From positions 24,304,001 through 24,368,000 of the forward strand of contig CM114271.1 in NCBI GenBank assembly GCA_050084515.1: DNA of 64,000 bases, written 5' to 3'. The notes beneath the pieces were generated by a model. The model saw nothing but the letters and a program-made list of their open reading frames with translations. It searched no databases and had not been told where the DNA came from. The stretch's first letter is position 1, and every line of letters starts with the position of its first letter. A program made the translations under genes and the position numbers. Of this stretch, positions 1 through 14,900 are shown piece after piece. Source of the stretch: Blasia pusilla. Lineage: Eukaryota.

Positions 1-1600
1 CCATCTACATCTTAGAGATTTGGCTTATGGTCCTTTCATAGATCCATCATATTCCACGAACTATGGAGATGCATAGCTAATCCCCTCTCCTCCCTTCAAG
101 TCCCTTGATCCTTGAGATGTGTGTTCTTGGATAAAGTTTTATTCTTTCTCATGAAGAGTAGCTCATTCATTTTTTTCATGACTCCGTGATAGTTAGATAA
201 ATAAATTTTAGCACATATCAAAAAAAGATTAATGTGACGTAAATTTATGTTAATCAAATTTTCAAATTTTTTTTTCAAATACAGGTGGTATTCTGAAATC
301 TATGTCATTTTCTTAGGACACTTTCTTGATTTATTATGCTTGACACATGGCACTTGGGGAACAAGGAATTTTCTTTTTGAATGGGACATAGAGTATTAGA
401 CAATACTAAACTATTTCACACATGAGTGTAATAAAAAATAAATTGTAATATCTTGTGTATGGTATAGGTCATATACTATTATAGTAATATAAAGTAGAAT
501 AGAGTGGTCCTATTGGTATATCAATTTTATCATTACTTTGAAAATATCTCATCTAAAGGGGTGTAAAGTCATAGAACTAAGTTAAAAAATTGAGACAGAA
601 CGGTCAACAAAATGTAAGAGAGAAGTCTTGCAAGCACATTCAAATAGAGGAGTGAAAAAAACTACTTGCGTCCACAAATATTTGAATTCATTAATTCCAA
701 AACAAATCTATTGCAAGAATAATGTGTGAAATTTCCTTGGACGAAATCCCATTGAAGAAACAAAGATTTTCTCATAGTTAAAATTCATACTCCCCAAAGT
801 ACATGGTTTCCCTCTATCAAGTGATTGTGATTTTGTTTCATTTAAAAACAAATCTTTGTCTTTTTGGTGCTCCTTTCTTGATGGATCTTAGATCTTGATT
901 GACTTCTCATGAAGTTCTAAGCTCCCACACCCTTATGAATTTTTAATGTAATATGACTTTGGAGTTAAGATCTGATTGAAATTTTTTTCAAGAGGCTCCA
1001 ATTGACACAATCTATAAATGAAGAATGATGATGAAAAGCTAGGTAGGAGCAGCATGTCAAGAGTTAGGTTGATGTCTTGTCAAGGTAGGATTTTACGCTT
1101 TGTAATTAATTGATAAAGATTTGCCTTGTAGTCCCATCTTGTTAATACAATGTCTAAGGGGTTGTAATTTCACGTTTAGTTAGAGCTCAAATACTTCCGT
1201 ACATGGTCCAATGCCAATCCATTTCTCGCCAAAACCTACACACTAGAAGACGATTTAAGAAGAAGTTGGATGTTTCCTATATCATGTATTCATATAGATA
1301 TCTCCTCCATTCTACAAGTGTCTTCCATTTTGTAATTTTGAACTTTACTCACTCATGGTATTTATTTGTAACACGTTGAATTGGGATCTTGAATCAATGA
1401 CTTCTTAATCCCCTTACTTCCCGACCTTACTTCACTCAAAGAGTTTTTCCTACTATTTGATTTGGGATTTTGAAAGTTGCCAAACGTGGCCTTGAATTTC
1501 AATGACTTTTTGAATCCCTGTGGAATTGAGTGTTCTTCCATACCTTTATTAAAGTATTACCATAATGTTTCATCTTCACCAACTATAATGTATCTAATTA

Positions 1601-1768
1601 CTAGTATAATACCCTTGCATAGCACCCGTTTCTTAATTTAAATTCTCTTCTGTTATATTAATTTGAAATTTTTTTCTACACATGTCATCACCGGAGCAAA
1701 CCACAATATATACTTATCATCCCCGGAGAACGGGGACCTCAAACCCCGTCCTCTTTTAAGTCTATAGA
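1601..1768 (-). mobile_element. Short non-autonomous Helitron
   Basis: Minus strand begins TCTATAGACTTAAAAG (1768) and ends CTAG (1601-1604); flanked by A/T; degenerate subterminal GC stem. Confidence 0.5.
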
Positions 1769-1819
1769 TATACTAATTGGAAGATACACCTTTCTAAAAC
1801 TGCTCCTCTATTTAACAAA

Positions 1820-2664
1820 CTAATAAGGTACATGTGCGATGCACGGAAAATAAAAAAGTGTTTGAAGAACTTTTGTTAGTGAAGGGATTTATGATGCTGG
1901 ACACAAAGTCAAACTTTTCTCTTCGTGCCCATTTCACGTGAAACATTTTTTTCTTGTCCAATTATCACATGTCAATAGGGCCTTAAAAAATAGGTGTCAA
2001 TAATAGTTTTTAAAAATTATGCTTAAACTTTCAAATTTAAGTATTGTTTCCAACTTTTTAAATCTTAAAAGAGTAAGAAAATTTTACCTTCAAATAACAC
2101 CCATCTCCCCAAAATAATTTTACTCCTCCACAAAAGCTCAAAAAATAACTATTCTTCCTCTTCGATTCTTCCCACCAAAATTTTAGCTAATTTTAATTAA
2201 CGAAATCATTTTCCTTTCAAATTAATTTTCCTTTCCCAAAATATGTTATGTGAAATAACAAAATTATTTCAAAAAATGATCATACTATTTATTTCAAATT
2301 TTAAATGTGATTTATATTTTCTAAAATCTTAGAAGAATAATAACATTTCGATGTTCTTAGTAATTACAGTCCTCCACGCAAATTTAAATGATATTTTAAT
2401 ACACTAAGTAATTTTATCTTTCCATAAAATTTAGACAAAATCTATTCTTCCCTTAAATTTTTATTTCCTTTTTTCATCAAATATTAATTGAAGAATTTTT
2501 TAAAAAAATTTAGTTATTTATCACATTAGTTGTATTTAGTATTTCTAATCACCCATTTTAATATTAAATTAATCATTAATATATATTCCATTCAAATCCT
2601 TTTGTTCTATTTCTATTCATCTAACGGATAGCACCACATATGTGATGTCCAATTATTATATAAA
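1820..2664 (-). mobile_element. AT-rich non-autonomous Helitron, family A copy 1
   Basis: Collinear similarity to 16345-17278 and 39167-40165, and in reverse to 17279-18016. Terminal hairpin (tgtgcgatgcacgg) lies near a TTAG (decayed CTAG) end. Confidence 0.75.
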
Positions 2665-4945
2665 TATCATTAAATTTCTCTCAAATATATTTTTTGATCT
2701 GAATTTTAATAGAGCTAAGTTATCAATGACGGCCGTGCATGGCACGGCACTTTGCGGGTATACTAATACGCAATAAGAAACACGAGAAGATTCTTCCGCA
2801 AGCATGAAAATATAATTTAAATTCTGGAGGAGGAAGGGTTAGTGCACATGAACACAAACCCACTCCACCTGCCTCCGTGGCGATATCCAGGGCTGGTAAT
2901 AGAATCACACACGAGTAGATAGTATAGGTTCCCACGGGGAATCAATCCTGCAATCAATAATCTATAAAAGGGGTAAAATTCAACAGATCCATTTTATTAT
3001 AAAAACAAACCTAAAAGAGGTAAATTCTCGAAGAAGTGTTTTATTTTCGTAAGTTCGTCGTCGCTACACGCGATCGCAGTGGCATGGATCAATGATAAGT
3101 ACGTGGATCGCTCGCTCTTTAGACCTGTAGGGAGTGAGTTAGTGATAGGATCGTATCGGGAAAGGGATGGGATGGGGCCATGATGTTAATTTTTGTAAAG
3201 TGAGGAGTCGTTGACTCTCGTGACAGAAGTCCCCACGCGATGGTCACTTAATGCGCCCCCTTTCGCCGCCTCCAGCCGTCAATGCTCCTGACGAGCCTGC
3301 GAGAAACGTCACCGCTCATCACCAGTAGTCTTGCGGAGTACTGACCGGCCTGAGACGGTGGCTGCGGAAAACCCCTCTCGCCTGTAACGTTTCCACCGTC
3401 GCGAGCGGTGGGTTCGCCAGCTTCCCCTCAGGCTACTGCCGCGGGCTTTGACGTTGACCGACGACCGCCTCAGTCTCCCCTCCAATGAGTGGAGTCTATC
3501 ACGCGCCTCCCGGCACGTGTCTCCCTCTGCACCTCTGACCTCTCTGCCTCTATTCCGCGCTCCCACTCCCACTACTGTCCGGTCTGGGACTCTGGGCTCT
3601 GCGTCCCTCCCCGATGTGCTCGAGGTCTGTACCGGGACAGACAGTAGTGGGAGAAATCACGCCCCCGACACCGGGTGACCGGTGTCCCCCGGTGGGGTAT
3701 AGGAGGCGCCTCTCCAGAGAAGAGACAGGGTTTCTCTGCAGCTGCACTGGTCGACCGCGAAACGCAGCAGTCAGCGATTTACGATTCACGTGTCCCTGGC
3801 GAGAGCGAGCGCTCTCACGCTCCGGTCCCGGCGATCCGGACTCCGGATATAGTCGGTAATGCGGCTCGCCACAGGAGGAACGACCGAGGGAGAAGCCGAG
3901 AGATCACCGAAGGGAGGGCGGGACGTCGAGGGGCTGCTGCGGCTTCTCGCGATGTTAACGAAAGAGACAGAAAAGCAGCAAGAAAGACGAGCCGTACACA
4001 TTGTGGTCGGCCAGTGATCCCGATTCTCGTAGCCAATCTCCCACGCTCAGGACCGGGGCGGCGAGCGAGTCTTAAGCGGTCGAAGTTTAACGTAGAGGAG
4101 GAATTTTGACACGTTCTGATAGTAAGTCCTTCCTGCTCGGAAGAAAGAGCACAGCGACAGGATTCACGCCGTTATACTCGAGACTACTTTCGATCGGATC
4201 GACGTTCCAAGTGCCGTTCAGCGTGGAGAGGAGGGAGTTCGCCTGATTCAGCGCAGTGCTTTGCGTCTTTCCTGTTGACTTTGCGAAGCCCGACACGCCT
4301 GGGATTGGATAGCGTTAGCTCACTCTGTTCCCCTATCTTCATCCTCCTTGCGCTCGGTCCACTATAGTTCTGACAATCGGGTTCGACCAAGTCGTCGAGT
4401 TGACCAACACTCCTGTGATCCTGAGCCCGGAGGATCTACCATAGAAGGCCCGGGAAATAGGGTTTGGGATTCAAGCTTCGCGCAAGGATCGACTAGAATT
4501 CATATCGTTATGCAAGAAATTTTCCGCTCACTGACAAGTTTTTGTACACGAAGCTAGAAAGAAATTGATCGTCGAGTGAAGCTGAGCAATTGATGTCGGA
4601 AAGCTCGTAGAATCTTCGCGAAGTCTTTAACCTGCATTTTGAAGCGTTTGACTCGTGAATTTGTTAGCTGAGAAATAGCTGTCTCGTGAACTTTTCAGGC
4701 CATGGACCATAGGAACTCACAGTAGTAGACTTAGTGCCTTACTTGAGAGTTGGCTACAAGTTCTTCGAACCAGGACGCTTCGAATACGTTAAAGCTGTGA
4801 GCTGCTGACCTGTCTAGTGCTACTGCGGAAGGATTCCTGGTTGATCCGAGAGGGTGGATTGTTGGTCGGCTCTTGTATATCCACGACGAGGAACTGCTCA
4901 AATTCTCAAGAGTAGAATCTCTTAGAACTGGGAGGCCTGTCAACC

Positions 4946-7509
4946 ATGCCTCATCAAGCTCGATCTCTTTGCACTCGTGCAGTCGTTCTCTTCTGGTTCC
5001 TAGCTGTGCCCTTGCACATTGTGGCAAACCTTGAAGGTGCGTGTGAATACAATGCTTTGTCCAGCATTTGATTGCCATCTTTCATTGCGGCTCCGACGAT
5101 CTACAAAAGTCAGCGCGAATGGCATAGCACCTGTCCCGTCAAATGTCCGACTTCATTGCAGTTATCTCCTTGTTAACGTAGCTAACCTGTTTCTTCCATC
5201 CAGTACGTAGAGTGTGAAATCCGAGGCGCAATCAGCTGCACGTCTTCTGAGTTATTTTACTCTTGCTGTGAGTGTTACTGCAACGAGCAAGCGTCGATGC
5301 CTACGTAAAGTAGGGGACAATTAGCGAAGTGGATTCTCGAGAATGCGTAGACAGTGCATTAAGTTGTTTGGGTGGAGTTGGATCGATGGACAGCAACTGC
5401 GTTGTCTTTCGAGCGCAATACAGAGCGTCGTAACACTAGTCTGGCGCACTTTCTGAACGTGAAAAGGATCCCAAGACATCCGGTCAATCATGTGCTGTAG
5501 TATTTACCGGCAAATTCCAAATCACCTATACCTATGTTCTTTCATCTTCAACTGGATCTACTTGAATTTTCGCTCGCGGACTGCCAACAAATACTCCCTA
5601 GTTCATCTGAAACACCCCGACCTCGGACTCTGCATCGGTTGCGACTTGCGAAACACAAACGGTGCCCGGCCGTCTGACATTCTTCGACGTTCAACTTTGT
5701 TCTGGTGACATCGGTTTTGGAACGATGGGAATACTCGTCGCTGAGGTATCCTCATCAATAAATGTCACTAGCTCTGACAGTCCTCGTCTTTGTATGCAGG
5801 TGATGCTTTGCACGCCTTCAAAGTGTCTCTGAAAGATCCTTTCAACATCCTCCAGAGTTGGGATCCCAGTTTGGTCAATCCATGCACGTGGTTCCACGTC
5901 ACTTGCAACCCGGACAACTTTGTGGTGAGAATGTAAGTATGCACTGTCTCACACACCATTGTAGCTGTGATGGACAGCAGCGACAGACTTTTTATGAATT
6001 ATCTAATCTGTGGTTCGGTTGCCTCGCAGAGATTTGGGCAACGCATCGCTTTCAGGGCCACTGGTAGCAGAACTCGGTAGTTTGTCTTCTCTAGAATATC
6101 TGTAAGTTTCCTCTTCGTTTCTGCCATAAGCTTCCTCTTTATCACTGCCAGGTAGGGAACGCACTGCAGTCACTCCGCACGCTGCTGTCATTCTTTGGGA
6201 TTTGCGTTCGTCACTTCAGTGCGTGAAACCACCTCGTCGCTGCATTGCTGTGCACAGAAACCTGCGCTTACTTTCCGAGTCACGGTCTTCGAAATTTCAG
6301 GCTAACATTTCCTCTCGCATCTCAGGGAGCTGTTTAACAACCAGATCAATGGGAATATACCTGTCGAGCTAGGCAACCTTAATAATCTCGCCAGTCTTGA
6401 CTTGTACCGCAATGCCATCACTGGGACGATTCCAGATTCACTGGGTAATCTCCGAAATCTGAAATACTTGTAAGGGCCCCTCACCTCCTCCGCTTGAACA
6501 GCATGTTTGTTCTAATCTTACACTTGAGACACGTGCATGTAGATACGGAAGAAACTCTTGCGTGAAAAGTAGCCAGCTGCTCTTACATGTCGACGTCCTT
6601 CAATGATATTTCTAGGAGATGTCTCCTCCCTTTTCCGATCTTAGCTACTTCCGCTACAAGTATGACTCATAGTCTCGAGCGATGCGAGATTTGCTTGCCT
6701 GAAGTCTTTCCGTAATCAAGTTTTACCGTTCAACAGGCGGATGGACCAGAACGATCTATCAGGAGAGATCCCTCAAGAAATAACGACGATTCCAAATCTA
6801 CTTGTTGTGTGAGTATCAATGTAATCCAAATTTTAGAACGTAGGAGCCAATGGATTCCGATGTTATCAGTTTCCCAGTACGCTCGAGTGTCGGTGTTCTC
6901 TGTGATGCGACGCCAAAAGCTTGCATCCGGATGGAGAATGAACAAATGTTGAGGACTTGACGAGAATGTCGAAAGTTCCAAGATTACCCAGTAATCGTTG
7001 TGAGTTTACATTAGCTCTATGGCGGACGATGCATTTCGCTGTCCTTGAACAAGCCTCGCCGGCGTGATTACCAGTTTATAATCGCATCGAACACCTCATA
7101 TACATATCTGGTCTAAGCATTAACGTGTCTTGTTTGCGATGCAGCGACCTGTCATACAACAACTTGAGCGGCGTGGCACCCAAGTTTTCAAGCGCAGTCA
7201 GTACATTGTATGTATCTGATATCTGTGTGCGTGTGTACGTAGTTGCAAAGTTTGAAGTCCCAGGCTGTTGAACTTTTCCTTTCCGGAATGTGAGAATGGT
7301 ATGCTTTATGTCAGACTAAGGAAGAAGTGCCCCTTCGGGATGTCCTTGTATGTCATGTGAAATCACCTTTTCCCGAGACTACCGTGCGACACGCACTTTA
7401 GTTCAAATCATAGACATCGGAATTTTGTTGAAGTTACGGCTGACTTCGTGTGACAATTTCACCACTGTGTGCATGCAGTTTCGAAGGGAATCCTAATCTA
7501 CTGACGTGA
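4946..7509 (+). CDS. Secreted LRR-only protein, SERK-ectodomain-like (LRR1/LRP type), 201 aa, 7 exons
   Basis: Manually spliced with GT-AG introns: 4946-5036 (signal peptide [31 protein letters not shown]), 5800-5932 ([41 protein letters not shown] cap), 6030-6101, 6326-6469, 6737-6808, 7145-7207, 7479-7509 (FEGNPNLLT*). The 72/144-nt LRR exons are typical of the SERK/LRRII family. The 606 nt are in frame; no TM or kinase region follows. Confidence 0.9.
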
Positions 7510-8937
7510 GTGAGACCGCGGGTGGAGACGGCGAATTCTTTGATCGATTCTGGTTCCGGCAGGTGCTGCCTTGGTAAATCACCAATCAACAAAGAAAGAC
7601 AGCAATTTCCAAACACAAGTTCCTCAACTAGCCCCATCTGATATGATAATGTGTAGGATATAGTTAGTGTCGGAACCTCGATCATAGTGAGGATCTTGGA
7701 GGTCCGCAGGGTTGTGCCACTGTCGCACCTCCCTTGAGGTTATGATTCAAGGTGTTTAGGTTCATCATATAGGGTATGAAAATACATATTATACGCGTTT
7801 TGTTGTGTAATGGCATGCTTTCTTTTGGAGACCGATACTCTGTCACCGACATAAGTGTACAGGCAAAGTGTAGGCGTCGCCTCCAACTCTGCGCGAACTG
7901 GAGGTCACAATGCACAGAGACCGCACGGCAATCATAGAGGTAGTATTGTTCCATCGAAGGTATATTGAGAGTAAAGTTTTGAAACTGTCTTGATCTGAAA
8001 ATGACTTGATCATGTCGTAAACTAAATTTATGTCTTGTAAGAAGACATCGGTGTGATATCACTTCCTCTGTCCCTGCCCAAACTGAAGTGCCTTTCATAG
8101 TCCGCCACTACTCAGCCCCTATTGGACAACCCCTGTTTCCTCCTTGTTGGTAGACCCTACCTATACTCTCCCAATGCAAAGCGTTACACCGATGCAGCCA
8201 ATTCCCAAAATTGAAGTAACACACACGCGTGAAAAACTCTACAATGGGAGCAACAGTGGGCATGAAGTCGACACTACCGTTTCAAAGGAGTCTAAAACAG
8301 AAACTATTCAAAAGCAGTAAGCTTTTTCTGCCAACATACGCTTGAGCATCCATCATTTCTGTGAGACAGGGAAAATTGATAGTCTCAGCTTTATCCGTTG
8401 AAAGATGGTTAATGATATGCCCGACCAAAGTCGCTATTTAGAACTGTAATCTATCCTGTATCATGCTGACCTGTCCGCAGTCAAGAGATGCACACGATTT
8501 TGTAGTGGACCGGAATCAACAAATGCCATTAGTACCAGCAATAATTTTCATCTATTCATCTTCAGAGGTTATCTCAGTGACACAAAGAGAAGGAATGTTA
8601 CTTCTTGACCGTGATATTACAATACACTCAATGTACACTGGCAACCAGAAAAATAATATACCGGGATGTTGACAAGGATTCTAGGCGTGTGATCCGACAG
8701 TAAAGGTGCACAACTCACTAAGAACTCCAGATATTCTGCCAAATCGTACACATTAACTGGCTAGACTGCCAAAATGTAGCCTAGAATCCTCAGACAGTTT
8801 CAGCTGCAAGCGTTAACTACCTAAAAGAAGATCACGCATCACCCTTCAAGTCAAAAGAGAGGCAATCACAACAGAAGAGGATTGTAAGAACTGACACCAT
8901 GGACAATTTCAACATCCTTGAAGCTACATTTTGTAAG

Positions 8938-11900
8938 CTACAAAAAACCCTTGCTTCCAAGGCCCTGAGGAAATCGGGAAGATACAGGAGCAGGTCTTTT
9001 CCACGGAGATTCTACTCCCTTGGCTGCCTCTTGTTCTTGTCGTGCAACCTTAGGATCAATAAGTGTTTTTTGAAATGTTTGAGAAAAGCCGGTTGCTATG
9101 ATTGTCACATGCACCTCCCCAGTGTATTTTTCATCCACCACTGCCCCAAAGATTATATTGGCTGCTGGATCTGCTAGTCCAGTCACAACCTGCAAAGAAC
9201 AGTAATTTTAGCACTGTAGTCCAACTCCTCCACATTCACTGTCACGATCATTTAGGTAGATAGTCGTTTTTAAGGGATAAAAGGTCAGGATAGAAAAACA
9301 TTTCTTACTTCAGAGAAAGTCATCATACAAGAGGGCGGCATACAATTGCAAGGTAGTTCCATGGTTGCTTTGGAAGATCAAACTTACTTGGGAGACTCTG
9401 TTGACCTCCTGGAGAGTGAGGTCTTTGCCGCCAGTTATGTTGTAGACCACACCAGTGGCTCTTTCGATTGAACGCTCAATTAATGGGGCAGAAGTAGCTT
9501 GCTGGGCAGCTTCTTCAGCACGGTTTTTCCCAGTTGACATGCCTACTCCCAACATTGCTGTTCCTGAATTGCTCATCACAGCCTTCACATCTGCAAAATC
9601 AACATTCACCAATCCCGGAATCTGCAGGATACACATGATCAGAATAATTAATTGGACATACACTAAATTTTTCGACTGAGAACAATCGACACATACCTTT
9701 ACAAAAAGCATCTCCAGGAAAGTGCCCTCCCACAATTTCTTCAAGAACTCGAATTACATGAAAGGCTGAAGAATGTGAGCCTACTTAATCTAATCAATTT
9801 TACAGAGTGTTTCATTTACTTACAGTAATGATGTCCGAAATGCCTTGCACACCCTGCCTCAGCACATCATCAGCCAGAAGAAAAGCCTCCTGTAGCGGTG
9901 TTTGTTCTTGAACCACATCCAGGAGTCTATCATTTGGTATCACGATAAGGGTGTCCACATTCTTCCGCAGCTGCTCAATTGCCTCCAAACCCTGTTGGGC
10001 AGAAACATCATTTACAACATCAAAACCTGGCAGACACTGGTTGGCTCATTGATTCTCCTCACAGCTATCGGTGAGGAGAATCAGCTCCCTCTAAAGTTTA
10101 CATCAACTACACATTGCCATTGAACACGTATTACATTTCTGACAAGACCTCGCAAGATTTTGCTAACAGACCACTCTGGCTTAGTATAGCCTGAGACACA
10201 ATCACAAACAATGCCTCAACCATATCTTCCTGCAGAGGAGTAATTTAACCCACTAAGCTATCTTCCCCTCAATTGACACACAGCCCTTGATAGGGTCTGA
10301 CCCCTCCCTGACCAATCAGGTTCCATGAAGTCTGTGGAATGACAAGAAGTTACAGTAGGTGTAATTTGGAAAGAGAATGAAGTTTACTTGCACTAAGAAT
10401 TGGAAGTTCATGCATCCGAAAATTCCTCTGGCTGGACACACAGGGAATGTCAGTCAATGATTAATGTTATACCCTTACTATTCTACACTCGGCAACATTG
10501 CATGCAGGGTGTCTGTTTCAAGTCCGATGCTGACAGTCCTAATCCATACAGTGCAATCTAAAAAGATCTTGATATCTCCAGATCTGTACACGCAGTCAGC
10601 TGTTAAAGAAGGTTAATCTGTAAGAGAAGAAACCTTGAACTACATAGATGGATGTAGCTTGGTCTCCACAACAAGCCCTTTTGGATGATATTAGAATGAA
10701 CAGATGGGAGTAGATTTGCTTCCGTGCAAAAATGAAAACCAAAGGTGGCATCAATTCAGAGGCTTGCCAGTTTCAACAACCGAGATTGATTCAGGTTTCT
10801 CAATCTTAAGAATACTTCACACTTTGAATGGTGTGTTCAAGTCATTGTAAGAGAAATCCTTCTGATTTGTTTTTTCTGATCCACATGCCCATTGTCATGA
10901 GGGTCAGAACATAAGTCTCCCTTGCTAAACTGTCCTCTAGCCTGTCTAGTTTATATGTTGCTCACTTGGAACTCAGTACAGATAACTTTGAATTCATCTG
11001 GGGAACATCCCTTAATTTGAAAGAGAATGATTTTATTTCCACCATCCCCTGTTCATTCCCATAAGTTCTAGAAAATTTGATACGATGAAATCACTGATCC
11101 TCTAAGAACTCTTTCTCATGTGGACTACTCTATCTAGATCTGTGTAGTTTTGAGACTCAACTAACACGCTCAAGTTCAAACTGACATTGCGCTTGGAGTA
11201 CAACTGCACTTGGAAACAACATCCCCTCCCAACAGGCACACTCACTGTTCCCTTGCTACGGAGTGGCTTTCATTCGACAGAGACCTATAAAACAGCCCAT
11301 CCATTCTATCTCAACTTGAGGAAGTTCTCATGGCAAAAAGAAATGAAACTTCAGTAATTTCTCCACCATTGTCATCTTTTGGGTCCCATTAAGTCATAAA
11401 ATTCAGTCTACAGAGGATATGAAGTGATTTCAATTTGACTTTGGACAGTCAGGATCTACACGTTGAAATTTACGCCCAACAAAGAAGTTCATTATTCACC
11501 CACAGCCATATCTAATACATCACATCAGAGTCATGATATTCTCATGTTGCTGCGGATCAGCACTAAGAATATTGGATGCGACCTCTACTGTCATGGGCAG
11601 ATCATGAGCTGAAAACTGACACCAGACATCCTCTGAATCTTTAAAATACTGAGAACAATGCCTAAAGCAACGGCAGTGACAACCAGTAAGAGAGGGATTC
11701 TATTGCAAGGATTATCAAGAAAAATATGATAAGAACTGGAGAACCAGACCTAAAACTCTCACCAGATCCTCTTGAAAACATACAAAGAAGTCCCACACTG
11801 TTATTATCTCAACCTGTATTCCCCACTAACAGCATTGTCCAACTTCATACATTACCTACGACCTACAATCATGAGTGTCTAACCCCACGAAAAACAACAT

Positions 11901-14900
11901 CTGTGGGGACTCATACGAAATTTTAAAGAAAACTTCTGAACGGAAAAATACTTGGACAGGCCAGCTCTTCAGCATGAAGCACTGGTTCTAAGACCTTCAT
12001 GTTCAGATCCTGACAAAGCGCATGGTGCACTTGCAATTGTGCTTAATCTGCACCTCCATTCAGTTCCCCCACCTTATCACTAGCTCTCTATAAGCCCCAT
12101 TACCCTCATGGATCCCTGTGGAAGAAATATTTATTCATTCACTTATTCAATCACGTATGTTTGTTTGCCATTTATCCATCATGTATCCATGATCACTGTG
12201 ACCTCGATGGATGTGGACTGACTGCAAACCCACCAGAAACCAGGCAAAACAACTCCCTTCCCAAATCTAACAAACAAATTATGAATGCTGGAGTTTAATT
12301 TAAACAAACATCTGCATTTTGTCCATGAAAACATACCTGTTGCGCCCGGCGACGACCTTCAAATGTGAACGGATAAGTAACTACTCCAACAGTTAATTGC
12401 CCTCCTTCCTTTGCTAATCGTGCCACAACCGGAGCAGCTCCAGATCCTGTGCCTCCTCCCATGCCTGCCGTAATGAATACAAGATCTGCATCTGAAACAG
12501 CTTCGGCAATAGCCTCCAATGACTCCTCAGCTGCCTTTTCGCCCAACTCTGGGTTGCCACCAGTACCTGCAGGTTGATATAATAAATGTCAGGTCATAAT
12601 AGCTACCAAGAACATGAGCAATGAGATACAGATTAATCATAGATCTTTGAACACACAAAAATAAAGCCATAACCTCCAGGAGTTGGCAGCTTAAAACCTA
12701 GCATAGACATTTATTTTGCTAACCACCTCTCTATAATAGGGAGTCTAGCCCTTTCAAACTTCATGTGCCCAAAAAACACAAAAGGCCGCCTTGGACCATA
12801 GGTAAATTCTATGTCCCACATCACCAAGAAAAAGGAAAACTCCAAAAACTCTCCTTCATTCCTTCAATGATGACAATTCAGTTGAAGGTTCAAATCACAG
12901 TAGGAAACTCTACTTACCCAAACCTCGAGTCAATGCTTCTCCAATTTGCACACGATGTGTTGCAGCTGACTGTAGTAAAGCCTGCGCATCTGTGTTGATT
13001 GCCCAGAATTCAACACCCTACTTGTCAAAACAAACAATCAGCTGTGGTTCCAAGCTTGTCCTTACGAAGATCCAGTAATCACCTCAGAAAATTGAATTGG
13101 AAAACTACCAAGAAATCTCCAGACGTGAAAGGTATTTCCAAAGGAAATCACACCAGGAGACGAGGCATGTGGCAAAGAATAAACTCGCAAAACACTGGAG
13201 AGAAAGAGGAAAGGTGAGGGGGATAAGGGGGCAGAATTTTGCTTGAATACAGAGCAAGCATACCATGGTTGTAACCGGTGACATCTAACCAGGAACCAAT
13301 ATTCCTCAGCTCATTAACTGACTTTGAAAGGATTTTCGTACCACAGGCAAACTTAGTGATCCATGAATGGAATCTTTCAAGAGAAGTTCGCACTAACTCC
13401 AATAGTTTCTCCACTAAAGAAGATTGATGGACATCCCAACTGCACAGATCAATCTTCCAAGTGAGACCCTCATCATTGGCAGTTTTAGGGGTTTGGGGAC
13501 ATACCATTTCCACACTGCTACTAGTCAAAGACTATGTAACAGGCAGATTTGTGGTCTTTCTTCCAAGGACCTGCTTTGCAACATAATTGCAGACAAGTTC
13601 TAAAATCTTGAAAGAGCTGGCCATGCTAAGCTTGACTCCAACATAATTTCTGGTGTTTTTTAAGAAGAAGAGAGATTTCCTGGGCCAATCATCCACAAAT
13701 TTCTACCTATGAGGCAAATTACTGAGGGATAACCATGCGAAACTAACTAAATAGGAGATGGAAGATCATACGAAAATATCACAACTGAAGTAGAGGCATG
13801 TTTTGCTAAAATCGCTGGTGCCACCTAAGGGGACTTTGAAGCAAACTGCATGTTCATATGCGTCCTTGGAAATGTAAACTTTTCAGCCAGTAAGTAAGGA
13901 TTACACAGCATGTAACTACAAAGAAAAGACAACCAACCCTTTGAATACAAAAATTCTGCATTCCATAGCTGCTTGCTCTGCACGTCCTGTAGTCGATTTG
14001 CAAAGGTGTACCTACTTTGTCCATTTTAGATATATCTGAAGGTCTTACAGCTCCCTTCCATTGGTAATGCCCAAGGAAATCCATTGAGGTTCAGACACCA
14101 TCAACCTAAATATTCTTCTTCTTCTGACAAGGATCCCAATGCTATTGGACAACTACACGTCCCATCTAGGAAACATGTCATACCTTAGGGAAGAACAGGA
14201 AATTCCAAGGAATCCTTACACCCTATCTCTGGAAAGAAAAACCAGTCCTCCGTCCGTCACCCATGGAACTTTTCATCTGTAGAAGCTTTTCCAAGACAAG
14301 AGTCGATGCTCCACTAATTGCCACTCAAAAGCAAAGGTTGCAACCCTTCATTGCTCACCAAGGACTGGCTCTGGAGTGTCGACATCGGTGTCCTCTCATC
14401 ACTACATACCTTGCAGACCAATTATAATAGATAGCACAGGTTGAGGCTTTTCAACGCTCACAATAGCCTTTGGGACCAATTTAAGCGTAATACACGCTAT
14501 TGAGTCGTAAGAGTTGAAATAATCCCATAAGATTCAACAATGAGGAAGAGGATTATTCAAGAAACAACGTGCCTCATGAATGAGCTACCACCTCAGGGGA
14601 GGCAGACGGAATAAGAAAGAAATAAAAGTACCAAGTAACAAAACCCAAAAAAGAGTAACTCAAAAGGAAGGTAATTGCTGTATCAATTCTACAATGAAAA
14701 GAAAAGAAACTAGAAAGGTACATCTGAACTGATGATCACCAGCCGAAATGGTAAAGGGGCGGGTGAAGTGGAGAATATAAAGTAACTGAGAAATGTACAA
14801 CAAAATGCAGGAGGTCCGTGGTAAAAGGTAAAGAATTGCAACCTGGAGACCACTTCCGATCATACGGTTGATAGCATTGTTCCCGCCGCCACCGACTCCT

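Larger units (their letters stand above)
1593..2766 (+). mobile_element. Non-autonomous Helitron (outer element), interrupted by two nested Helitrons
   Basis: Starts A|TC at 1593; 3' hairpin ccgtgc-atg-gcacgg (~2733-2747) followed by CTAA|T at 2763-2767. Confidence 0.55.

Noticed and set aside
640-1590. Decayed minus-strand coding remnant (faint resemblance to a viral movement protein or TE protein)
   Set aside because: Too many stops and no diagnostic motif; cannot be assigned by eye.
3309-4557. Overlapping short ORFs
   Set aside because: Expected in a GC-rich promoter/5' UTR; no recognisable domains.
5724-5746. Alternative first exon for the LRR gene
   Set aside because: The required phase-1 splice puts a TGA in frame; 4946-5036 fits properly.
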